From IMG/VR virus record IMGVR_UViG_3300037400_002380: DNA of 64,000 bases. One strand, written 5' to 3'. The stretch is from an uncultured virus (IMG/VR IMGVR_UViG_3300037400_002380). Lineage: Duplodnaviria; Heunggongvirae; Uroviricota; Caudoviricetes. The notes beneath the pieces are model-generated. The model saw only the letters and a list, made by a program, of their open reading frames with translations, was not told the DNA's origin and made no database searches. A program made the position numbers and the translations under genes. Shown here piece after piece: positions 49,864 through 58,570 of the stretch (position 1 is its first letter; each line of letters starts with the position of its first letter).

Positions 49864-50625
49864 ATGGCAATAAGAATTTGTTTTGAAGAAAAGTATGTCA
49901 AAAGAACATTGGACAAATCCAAAAAGAACGACATGGCTATTATCGACCCAGACGGCATTGATACCAGGATCGTTGAAGCCGCGGCAAACAGAGGAGTCCA
50001 TGTCTATGGATATTTGAATGCCTGTGCTCTTGAGAAGGAACGTTGGTACTATAATCAGTTCAAAGACATTCGAATCGCTCCGTATGAAGGGTGGCCTGAT
50101 GAATACTGGGTTGATGTTACGTCCGAGAGGTGGAAAGACAATCTGATCGCTGCAGCTAAGGCAATGAAAGGCTACGGTGTCAAAGGTTTATATTTTGATA
50201 ACACCGATCTGTATTATATGTGTCTTAAGGGTTTCGGTGATAAGGCAATGAGAACGCCGCCGAGGGCATGGTCTGTATATACTGCATTACTTGATGTTAT
50301 GCAGCGGATCACAGTCATGGGTATGGTCGTCATGCCTAATGGTGGTGACGACTTTGTTAGGAAGCTTGTTAATAATGGTCACAGAGATCTGGTCAAGACT
50401 GTGATCCAGGAATCTGTTTTATATTCTGACAATAAGAAAGTATCTAAAAGCGATACGAAATACTTCACCGAATACCTTGACTGGTGCAAGAAGCATGGAA
50501 TCTACGTCAGAGGCATAGAGTATTGTAAGTCTGCAAAAGATATTCTCTATGCAAAGGCCTACTATCTGAAGCACGGTTGGCCTGGTCTTTATATTTCGAA
50601 GCATCATAATTTGGAAGGGGATTGA
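49864..50625 (+). CDS. GH114-like glycoside hydrolase (endo-alpha-1,4-polygalactosaminidase family)
   Basis: YGYLNACALE, WPDEYWVDV, KGLYFDNTDLY, VIQESV, IEY motifs. Confidence 0.65.
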   Translation: MAIRICFEEKYVKRTLDKSKKNDMAIIDPDGIDTRIVEAAANRGVHVYGYLNACALEKERWYYNQFKDIRIAPYEGWPDEYWVDVTSERWKDNLIAAAKAMKGYGVKGLYFDNTDLYYMCLKGFGDKAMRTPPRAWSVYTALLDVMQRITVMGMVVMPNGGDDFVRKLVNNGHRDLVKTVIQESVLYSDNKKVSKSDTKYFTEYLDWCKKHGIYVRGIEYCKSAKDILYAKAYYLKHGWPGLYISKHHNLEGD

Positions 50626-50695
50626 GCATGAAATCAGTAATGATATTTGTAGGGACTATTTTGTTTTTGCGTAGGTTTATTTGGAGGAATGAATA

Positions 50696-50974
50696 ATGGA
50701 TAAAATGGCATTACGTATTGTAGAGAATTATATTCGTGAGCACCTGGACAAAAGCGATCCGGAAGTGCATTTTGATGTGTTCACAGTGTGGAAGGCAAAA
50801 ATCCTTCAGAACTGGAAATATCTGATCAGCAGTACGTTACCTGATGGTATGTACTACGAACTGACATATAACGGCAATAAAGCCGAGTGGTACCTTGACG
50901 CCTACAAGAAAATTGAAAACGTCGTGCATAATTCAGACGGTGATCCTGTTCGTGGGAGGTATAATTTTGGATAA
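50696..50974 (+). CDS. DUF6275-like protein
   Basis: VW..K.LQNWK.L.S....DGMYYELTYNG.K.E.YLDAYKK. Confidence 0.7.
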   Translation: MDKMALRIVENYIREHLDKSDPEVHFDVFTVWKAKILQNWKYLISSTLPDGMYYELTYNGNKAEWYLDAYKKIENVVHNSDGDPVRGRYNFG

Positions 50975-51296
50975 CAAAGAAACAACAAAACTTGTAGACA
51001 AAATCGGTACACCGGCTTTGCTCGAACTGATGGCCGAAGAAGCAACCGAATTATCCTTCGCTTGTCTGAAACTTGCAAGATATTTGAGGGACGAAAATCC
51101 GATGGCAAGCGAACATGATCAGACTGAACTTTCGATGAAAATCGACGAAGAAGTGGCTGATTGCTATGTGACTTTGAGAGAGCTTCGTAAGGCTCCTAAC
51201 ATTGTCAATAACAACGCAGTCTCAGAGATTATCGACTTCAAGCGCAGGAGGATGAATGAGCGTCTTGGAATGAAAGCTGAATCGTTTATATTCTGA
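50967..51296 (+). CDS. MazG-like nucleotide pyrophosphohydrolase
   Basis: AEEATEL...DEEVADC motifs; probable TTG start after GGAGG. Confidence 0.6.
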   Translation: MDNKETTKLVDKIGTPALLELMAEEATELSFACLKLARYLRDENPMASEHDQTELSMKIDEEVADCYVTLRELRKAPNIVNNNAVSEIIDFKRRRMNERLGMKAESFIF

Positions 51297-51362
51297 GTAC
51301 GCATTTCTTACAATCTCCTTTATGGACGAATGGTGTCCGTATTTAGAAAGGAGTAACTTATT

Positions 51363-51776
51363 ATGAAACAGATGGAATATGGAAAAAACATTGACCGAGA
51401 GGTTCTGTATCACGGAAACATAGACGGCGTTGAATGTGCTATCGTTAACACGAGAGGTAGTCACCCGTGCGCGTACATCAATGTGCCAAAATCCATTCTC
51501 AACAAATACGATGATCCGGAATTGGATTACGACAAATGGTTTGCCGACTGTCATGGAGGCTTTACATATGCCGATACCAAGGCTCCGGGAATAGATTCTG
51601 AAAAGGATGGTTTCTGGCTCGGATGGGACTACGCACACTGTGGAGATTATACATGTGTCGCATATAATGGTAGCATACTTTTCCCGCCGCATAAACATGA
51701 ACATATGTGGACCACCGGCGAAGTTTTGGAAAACGTTATTGACACAATATGTTCGCTCGAATACGATGCGGATTAA
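51363..51776 (+). CDS. Conserved hypothetical phage protein (HGGFTY / GWDYAH)
   Basis: HPCAY, CHGGFTY, WLGWDYAH motifs; cassette after motif 51300. Confidence 0.65.
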   Translation: MKQMEYGKNIDREVLYHGNIDGVECAIVNTRGSHPCAYINVPKSILNKYDDPELDYDKWFADCHGGFTYADTKAPGIDSEKDGFWLGWDYAHCGDYTCVAYNGSILFPPHKHEHMWTTGEVLENVIDTICSLEYDAD

Positions 51777-51891
51777 AAGCCAACAGGAGGGCCTGTCGCG
51801 ATATTTACGATGGGTCCTTTTGTTTTTCTCGCAGAATCTGCAATCTCCTTTATGGACGAATAGTGTCCGTAAATAAAAAGGAGGAAACAAA

Positions 51892-52176
51892 ATGAGAATG
51901 TTAACTGAGTTGCCTTTAAAAGCGACCGATGCAATGATTCACTTTGGTGAAAAAGCTCCACTGACGGAGCTGCGTTTTCGCCTCGCAAAGATGGCACACG
52001 ATATGTATACCGTGCATATCTACGACCGTAACGGCAAACTCATCAGCTTGATGAATTTGGTAGATCACTGTCGTGGATATCACACTATGTATACTGTTGT
52101 CCTAGAGGGAGGCGTTATCGTAGACGTCGCCATATATGAGCGATTTCACCGGTGGACTATTTCAGTCGCCGGGTAA
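51892..52176 (+). CDS. Hypothetical protein (cassette)
   Basis: Motif at 51830, RBS, hairpin at ~52184. Confidence 0.55.
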   Translation: MRMLTELPLKATDAMIHFGEKAPLTELRFRLAKMAHDMYTVHIYDRNGKLISLMNLVDHCRGYHTMYTVVLEGGVIVDVAIYERFHRWTISVAG

Positions 52177-52388
52177 GGCATTCGGAGGTAGCTCTTTATT
52201 GAGTTGCCTCCTTTTATTTTTTTTTTTCACGCAGAATTTACAAACAGTATTATGGAAACGTTTCATTAAGATGAAAGGAGGATTTGAAATGAAACGTATA
52301 AGCAAGGGAAGACCTAACTGCGCTATTCTAGATAAGCGTTACAAGGTCTTCCCGTTTTTGTTTTATATTTTCTAGCGTTAGGAGGGTT

Positions 52389-52538
52389 ATGTCAAAAGAA
52401 TGCATTAATTGTGATAAGTACGTTCCGTATTGCAAGCTCTATGGATATTTTGACAAAGGAGGAAAACCAAGAGTCAATAAAGTCTGTGGTTGTGAAAACG
52501 AAGGGTCACGTTGCTGTAAGAAAGGAGAAACAAAATGA
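52389..52538 (+). CDS. 49-aa Cys-rich protein coupled to the Cas7-like gene
   Basis: RBS AGGAGG; MSKECINCDK...CGC...CC; ATGA overlap with 52535. Confidence 0.5.
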   Translation: MSKECINCDKYVPYCKLYGYFDKGGKPRVNKVCGCENEGSRCCKKGETK

Positions 52539-53137
52539 AAGAAATGAAAATCAAGGTAACCTTTATCGAGCCTGTACTTGGATCTCAGCCTGCTGATCCG
52601 GAAGTGTACAGCAAATTCATCGCTGCGAATGCTCCAGACGCAAAGACCATGAAGGAAGAAATCGAGGAAATGGGCAAGACAAAGTATGAGGAGAAGACCA
52701 TGACGGTGTTTCCTCGTACTGCTGACGAGAAGCCTTGCATCCTTGACTACCAGATCAAGGGTTTCTTCAAGGACAGTTGCTCAGCTCTTCAGAAAATGAA
52801 AGATGAGGACATGTCGAGAGAGTCTTGCAAGATCAAGGCTTTCAAAAAGGTTATTGACGGTAACGTTTTCCCGTACCCCAGGAAGTCGGAGATTGTTTTC
52901 GATGGAGATATCAGCAATCTCCAGCGTCCTCTTAGAGCTCAGACCATGCAGGGTGAGAGGATCTGTCTCGCAAATTCGGAGATGATTCCAGCTGGGGCTT
53001 ATTTCTTTGCAACGATCAAATTCCCGGATAAGCTTGAGCCGGTGATTCGCGAATGGCTCGACTATGGGGAATTGAAAGGCCTTGGTCAGTGGAGAAATGC
53101 TGGCTGGGGTCGGTTCAAGTGGGAAGTTGTCGATTGA
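52535..53137 (+). CDS. Stand-alone Cas7/RAMP-like RNA-binding protein
   Basis: RAMP-type N-terminal strand KIKVTFIEPVLG, P.I...QIKGFFK helix, E.IPAG..F strand, C-terminal G-rich loop GLGQWRNAGWGRF. Confidence 0.75.
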   Translation: MKEMKIKVTFIEPVLGSQPADPEVYSKFIAANAPDAKTMKEEIEEMGKTKYEEKTMTVFPRTADEKPCILDYQIKGFFKDSCSALQKMKDEDMSRESCKIKAFKKVIDGNVFPYPRKSEIVFDGDISNLQRPLRAQTMQGERICLANSEMIPAGAYFFATIKFPDKLEPVIREWLDYGELKGLGQWRNAGWGRFKWEVVD

Positions 53138-53141
53138 TATT

Positions 53142-53670
53142 TGCTATGGCATGGCGGAGTAACGGTGTGTATTGCAAAGGCGAGGTGCAGTTCCGCAACG
53201 AGAGGTAGCGTGTGGCAAAGGCATAGTGCCGTCAAGTATTGTTGTGCAATGGCGTAGTGAAGTACCGTGTGACAGTGTAAAGCAAAGGCACAGCGTGGCA
53301 AGGTATTGGATGGCTACGGTATAGCTGAGTGCAGAGTAGCGACGCAATGGCTATGCGAGGAAGGGAACAGCAGCGCAGAGCAATGGCATTGTTAAGCTAG
53401 GAATAGTTCGGCAAAGGCGAAGCGATTAGTTGAATTGTATAGCAATGGCAAAGTGCAGTAGGTAAGGCAACGGCATAGCAAGGCATGGTCACGCGTGGCA
53501 AGGTATTGGATGGCTATGGCGTGGTGCAGTTCCGCGAGGTCTGGTTGTGTTAAGCAATGGCAAAGTATTGAATCGTAACGCGGCGCTAAGGCATTGTTAA
53601 GCGATGTAATATCCTGTATGGCAAAGGCAAAGTATCGAATTGAATCGTAATGTGGCGTATGGCATAGTGG
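53142..53670 (+). repeat. Non-coding periodic array (NGY-NN)n in ~15 units; candidate guide-RNA array
   Basis: Anchor GCWAHGGY at 53143, 53174, 53215, 53246, 53282, 53313, 53344, 53380, 53411, 53442, 53467, 53513, 53554, 53585, 53621; 5-nt internal period. Confidence 0.85.
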
Positions 53671-53734
53671 TTGGCTCCCTGTAGGTATCAGAAATGATAT
53701 TTGCAGGGAGTTTTTTATTTGAAAGGAGATAGCG

Positions 53735-54013
53735 ATGTTATATTCGAGCTCGGCAGCTATGTCCCGGGTTAAAAACTCAGTAATCAGAAAGAACCCGTCA
53801 CCATGTAAAGACTGCTCATCACGACACAGCAGATGTCATTCAGAATGCAGTTTATATTCTGAGTGGAAAGATGCTGTATACCAGAAAAGGGCTGATGTTT
53901 TAAAAAACTATGCAAAAGCTAACAGTGGAAGTCGGGAAGCGAAAGCGCGTACTCGTAGGTATATCGAGCGCAAAGCTGATATGTCGAAAAAAGGACAGAC
54001 AGTGAGTATTTGA
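53735..54013 (+). CDS. Cys-rich hypothetical protein
   Basis: PCKDC..RH..CHSEC..Y..W motif; RBS AAAGGAG. Confidence 0.6.
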   Translation: MLYSSSAAMSRVKNSVIRKNPSPCKDCSSRHSRCHSECSLYSEWKDAVYQKRADVLKNYAKANSGSREAKARTRRYIERKADMSKKGQTVSI

Positions 54014-54023
54014 TGGAGGACAA

Positions 54024-54305
54024 ATGATGAAATCAATTGTTAGTTATTCAAATCTATGGGACAGTGATCCAATTCTTAATGTCGATTTTGGCGATGGCAG
54101 CGCTTTTACACTTGGTTATAATGGCCGTTACGAATCGTTTTTAAAAGAATTTATACCAAATCTTAAAGACTTCTTTAACGGTGTTATTGAAGAGTATCAT
54201 GAGTTAACTGCGCATAGAAGTGATTATGAAGACTGCTTTAATACCATGATATCTGACTTTGAAACTGTTAACACCCCCTATTTTCAGCGTACCGTGTGCT
54301 TTTGA
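54024..54305 (+). CDS. Hypothetical protein (paralogue of 55430)
   Basis: FTL.Y.G...YE.CF.TMI.DFET shared with 55430-55732. Confidence 0.55.
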   Translation: MMKSIVSYSNLWDSDPILNVDFGDGSAFTLGYNGRYESFLKEFIPNLKDFFNGVIEEYHELTAHRSDYEDCFNTMISDFETVNTPYFQRTVCF

Positions 54306-54314
54306 GGAGAACAA

Positions 54315-54509
54315 ATGATGGCTGATATGGTATCTATAAAGTCATACGAAGAGTTTGTTAAGCAGTGGGACGATACTCTTGAGCTTATGCGCAAAAGCGG
54401 GTTAGACAATGGTTTCTACAGAATTGGCGATTTCATTACTAACGACGGCGTTACTGGATATTTTCTGCCTGGTTTGTATGAAAATTCGAAGAAAGGAGAA
54501 CAAAGATGA
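54315..54509 (+). CDS. Hypothetical protein
   Basis: RBS GAGGAG; coupled to the next gene. Confidence 0.45.
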   Translation: MMADMVSIKSYEEFVKQWDDTLELMRKSGLDNGFYRIGDFITNDGVTGYFLPGLYENSKKGEQR

Positions 54510-55417
54510 TCAAAATTGAAAACGTTAGCACTGTTGGATGGGAGCCGGCTATTAGAGGTGCCAGAAATCCTATGAACTCGTGGGAGAAGAGTGATACGCT
54601 GGTTGATAACAGATATTGCGAAGCAATCGATGACATATTTGGAGAAACCGTATTCTCCGACGAAGACAGCGAATCCGGCTATTACATGTACGACGGACCT
54701 GAAGAAAAAGAACATTTATATTCTTGGGCTATGAACGATCGTAAGCAGCCTGAATTTGTGAACTTCCATAACGGAATCTGTATCGGCCCAAACGACCTGA
54801 AGCTCCTGACTAACCTTGCAAAAGCTGGGTCAGACGAAGCTAAGTTCCGGAGAATGATCGTGGTATATCTGGACGTGACTGCGCCAATGTACTGGTGGAA
54901 GGAAGCTGATACATACAAGGTTGGCACTGTCAGAAACTCATGCTCCACCATGCACAAGATCCATGCTAAGGAGTTTAAGCTTGGTGACTTCTCTACGGAA
55001 CATTTGTTTGCTCCGATGGGCGCATTACCTGATTCCAAAGAAGAAAGAGATGATCAATGCATTATTGAGATGTGGCCAGATCAGTACACTAGCCCATACG
55101 GAACTATGGTGATTGACATTAAAGCTCTCAATACTGCCAGGGAGTTATATCTCAAAACCAAAGACAAGAAGTACTGGTGGCAGATGATCCAGCTTCTTCC
55201 TTCGTCCTACAACCAGCGAGCTACTCTCATGCTGAACTATGAAGTTCTGGCCAATATGTACCATGCCAGGAAGAACCATAAACTTGATGAGTGGCGTGAG
55301 TTCTGCGAGTGGATCGAGACTCTTCCTTATGCCAAAGAGCTGATTATCTGTCCTACAATTAATGATATGCCGATTAGCCCGTTGCTGGATCCAAATTACA
55401 AGGTCGGTGAACAATGA
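54506..55417 (+). CDS. ThyX-like (FAD-dependent thymidylate synthase-fold) protein
   Basis: AIRGARNPMNSW, KFRRMI.V, AP.YWWKE.DTYK, SCSTMH, LLPSSY, RKNHKL.EW motifs. Confidence 0.6.
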   Translation: MIKIENVSTVGWEPAIRGARNPMNSWEKSDTLVDNRYCEAIDDIFGETVFSDEDSESGYYMYDGPEEKEHLYSWAMNDRKQPEFVNFHNGICIGPNDLKLLTNLAKAGSDEAKFRRMIVVYLDVTAPMYWWKEADTYKVGTVRNSCSTMHKIHAKEFKLGDFSTEHLFAPMGALPDSKEERDDQCIIEMWPDQYTSPYGTMVIDIKALNTARELYLKTKDKKYWWQMIQLLPSSYNQRATLMLNYEVLANMYHARKNHKLDEWREFCEWIETLPYAKELIICPTINDMPISPLLDPNYKVGEQ

Positions 55418-55429
55418 AAGGAGAATCTG

Positions 55430-55732
55430 ATGGGTCAGATAAGTGACGACAACTGCTGTACATATATGGAGCATATCGCAAGTTATAAAGAGTTCCCCAA
55501 AATTCGAATTGGATTTGAAGGGTACGGTTTCACTCTCGACTATGAAGGATATGATAACGAGTTCTGGGAAAAGTTTGAATCTATGTTCAAGACGTTCACC
55601 AAAGACGTGTTGGAGTCTTATGAAGAATTTAAAAACTTTAATTTAGATTCCCGTTACGAAAGCTGTTTCTATACAATGATCGAGGACTTCGAGACCCATG
55701 ATTGTGCTTTTACAGCCAAGAAGGGAGTATGA
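55430..55732 (+). CDS. Hypothetical protein (paralogue of 54024)
   Basis: Shared C-terminal motif; RBS AAAGGAG. Confidence 0.55.
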   Translation: MGQISDDNCCTYMEHIASYKEFPKIRIGFEGYGFTLDYEGYDNEFWEKFESMFKTFTKDVLESYEEFKNFNLDSRYESCFYTMIEDFETHDCAFTAKKGV

Positions 55733-56251
55733 CCGATGATATCTTTAGCCGTAAAGCCTTATTGCAATAATTGCGATTATTTTGAACCGGAAAAATCAAG
55801 TGTTATATATGCCGACGAAAATTCGTATACGGAAGTTATGTGCAAAAATAAGCGTAAGTGCGACCAGATTGAAGCATATCTTAGGCGTGAAATGCAAAAG
55901 GAGGACCACAGTAGCCATGAAAATTGAAGAACTGAAAAAGGTGCGTGATATTTTAAGTAACGTTTTAAAATGTCACAAAACAGAAGATTGCAATGTTGCG
56001 TGCGGAATCTGTCCAAATAATTTCGACGAAAATGAGTATGACGAAGCGTTATATACGGCTATAACAGTAATAGGAGATGTTATAAAACAAATGGAAAAGA
56101 TGACCACGAGGGAGGTTTTGACGACCAATGATATCTCTAATTAACACTGTTATCACCGTGATATTTTTTCTTTTTATCCTTGTTGTGTTCATCGGCTCTA
56201 TAGGAGCAATTTTAGAGATTCTTGCAGATCGTGTTCTTAGGAAGGAGGACC

Positions 56252-56566
56252 ATGGGAAGAGCAGAAAGGAGGGCTCAACAGAAGATTAAACAGCCTACTT
56301 ATCTGCACCAGGAGAAAAGATGGAAGGCGCATATTCGTGAGATGGTTCCGAAGATATATGCTGCCTTCTGTCTTATTCTTCACGAGAAGTATGGCTTAAC
56401 GTTTGAGCAAATTGTGGATATTTTGGCTGCTACACAGGATTTATGGCAGTCTGATGGCGATAATGGCTTTGATATTCTGAAAGCCTGTGCCGAAAAGACT
56501 GGCATTAATCTGATGAGCAAAGTGACTGCTGATGCGCTAGATGTGAAAGGAGACGCTGAGATATGA
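56252..56566 (+). CDS. Hypothetical protein
   Basis: RBS AAGGAGG, MGRAERR..., LHEKYG motif. Confidence 0.55.
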   Translation: MGRAERRAQQKIKQPTYLHQEKRWKAHIREMVPKIYAAFCLILHEKYGLTFEQIVDILAATQDLWQSDGDNGFDILKACAEKTGINLMSKVTADALDVKGDAEI

Positions 56567-56968
56567 TCGCTTTGAAATGTGATAACTGTGGTGGATATTA
56601 CGACCATAAAATCAGAGAAATTACGAAAATAGCATTCCGTCTACCCAGTGGCGCTGTGGTTAAAGAGGAGGATGTTTGTCCTGAATGCTTGGCGGCTGTT
56701 GACAAGGCTCTGGATGATCGGAAAAAGATCAAGATTCAGAAAAAGACCGATCGGCTTGAGGATGATCTTAAATGATATTTATAGAAAGGAGGATAAATGG
56801 ATACGTTTGAAAAAGAGCAATCCAAAAAATTGAATGCCACACTGAAAGAAATTTCTAAGGGCATTACCAGGTTGGGCAACGAGATAGTGAAACTGCGGGA
56901 CACCATTGAGAGGAATGGTTACGCGGTATTGCCAACCATCGAAATGACAGAAGAGAAAGGAGAAACAG

Positions 56969-58009
56969 ATGAAAACGAAGAATGATTGCGAGCGTGATTA
57001 TATAAAAGAGGCCTTTGATAAGCTGTATAATCGCGTTATGCCGTTTGTCGATTTGACACAGTTTTCCAATGCAGACACAGCGTTCAAAGAGCTTGACAAA
57101 AAAGTTCATAGTGAAATTTATATTCTGAAGAAGTGTCTTGCTGAAAGCGACAGAGCGGTCGACGCAGGTCTTACCAGATCAAAAGTGCTGCAGGAAAGGA
57201 TCCACGAGCTTGAGGGAGAAAACGCCAGCCTTCGTGCAACTACTTTTGACGCTATAGACGAGAAGGAAAAAGAGATCAACGATCTGAAGAAAAAGATACA
57301 GTATCTTGAGACAGAAAACGCCAGCCTTCGTGAAACTCCCTTTGACACACTCGAAGCTCTGAAGAAAGAGAACAGCGCACTGAGAACACATAATGAAGCT
57401 CTTTCTGCTGTGTGTGAAAGCCATTTGAAAGCCCTGTCTGAAGCAAAAGCAGACGTTACGCGGTATAAAAAGAGTTTCATGGTGCATCACGAAGAGAACG
57501 ATCGCCTGCGCGGGGTTGTGGACACACTTGAAAAGGAGATCAACACCCTTAAGAAGAAGATCCATGATCTCGAGGAAGAAGTCGACATCCTCAACGAAGA
57601 TATAGAAGCGCTTATAGAAGAAAACGCAGATAACGCAACCAGGATAGAATCTCTGAAGAAGGCTAACAGTGCTCTGAGGAGAGATAATGGAATACTGTGG
57701 TCGAAGATAGAAGAAGTTGATATTACCACACGCCCATGGCATGGTGATGCTAATGCTAGAACTCACCACAAATCCCTTGTAGAGACAATTGAAGAACTTA
57801 AAGCGGAGAAAGCAAGACTCGAAGAGAAGATAGATCTGTCGTACGGGCATGAATTCGAGTTCGGCGACAAAGTATATGTTCCGTGGTCTGATGGACCGTA
57901 CATGTATGTTATACGTGGGCGGTTATATAATCCGAGAACAGAAAATCTTGTCTATATAAGCGGAACGGAGCATCTCAAGTGGTTCGGAGATAAGTTTTCG
58001 ATCGTATAA
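56969..58009 (+). CDS. Coiled-coil protein with internal repeats
   Basis: Repeated ENASLR/ENSALR/EKEIN.LKKKI; nucleotide repeat gaaaacgccagccttcgtg occurs twice. Confidence 0.65.
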   Translation: MKTKNDCERDYIKEAFDKLYNRVMPFVDLTQFSNADTAFKELDKKVHSEIYILKKCLAESDRAVDAGLTRSKVLQERIHELEGENASLRATTFDAIDEKEKEINDLKKKIQYLETENASLRETPFDTLEALKKENSALRTHNEALSAVCESHLKALSEAKADVTRYKKSFMVHHEENDRLRGVVDTLEKEINTLKKKIHDLEEEVDILNEDIEALIEENADNATRIESLKKANSALRRDNGILWSKIEEVDITTRPWHGDANARTHHKSLVETIEELKAEKARLEEKIDLSYGHEFEFGDKVYVPWSDGPYMYVIRGRLYNPRTENLVYISGTEHLKWFGDKFSIV

Positions 58010-58074
58010 CTACGCATATTTTGCAATCTTCTTTATAGGTAGGAAACTAAAAACTTATTATAAGGAGGTACTGT

Positions 58075-58434
58075 ATGTGCACTATTAAGGAACTTCATGA
58101 CAAGATGACAGACATCGTGGCCGTGAAGGCTAACGAAGCCGGGGGAAGGATCAACCTCGCTCGGAAAATTGGCTGTAGTGACAGGCTTGTACATGGGATT
58201 CTTGACAGAGTCGAGTATCCGTCTAAGAAATCATTCGAACTTTGGTTCGGACCGATGACTGATTTTGACGGTCGCGTCGACGAGTCGGAACTGCCCATGG
58301 CCGGTTTGCTCGTGAACGACAATTACGAGCCGAAGGATGACAAACTCCCGTTCATCGTTAGGTGTCCGGAATACGATGTGTTGTCAAAAATCTTAGAACC
58401 TTTGGGATACAGCATTAAAATCACAAAAAAGTAA
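58075..58434 (+). CDS. XRE-like HTH protein (cassette)
   Basis: LARKIGCSDRLVHGIL; motif at 58013; hairpin at 58455. Confidence 0.55.
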   Translation: MCTIKELHDKMTDIVAVKANEAGGRINLARKIGCSDRLVHGILDRVEYPSKKSFELWFGPMTDFDGRVDESELPMAGLLVNDNYEPKDDKLPFIVRCPEYDVLSKILEPLGYSIKITKK

Positions 58435-58570
58435 GTGAGGATAAGAAAACCGACAAGACTCTCTGTGAGTATCGAAATGATATTTACAGGGAGTCTTTTG
58501 TTTTCGCAATATTTGCGTTCTCTATTATGGAACTATTAACTTTTATGACATTCCATAAAGGAGGACAAAA

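Larger units (their letters stand above)
32201..58497 (+). repeat. Dispersed family of sequence-conserved ~37-43 nt hairpins (CTGTRRGTATC-loop-GATATTTRCAG) with U-tracts
   Basis: Copies at 32201-32235, 33611-33649, 45714-45750, 49803-49843, 53673-53712, 58455-58497; variants near 31332, 46106, 46478, 51787. Confidence 0.8.

Noticed and set aside
53086..53347. Minus-strand ORFs over the array
   Set aside because: No RBS, against the genome-wide + polarity, and low-complexity by-products of a period-5 repeat
53142..53670. Canonical CRISPR array
   Set aside because: No 23-47 nt identical repeats with unique spacers; conservation is interleaved at a 5-nt period; no cas1/cas2/cas6
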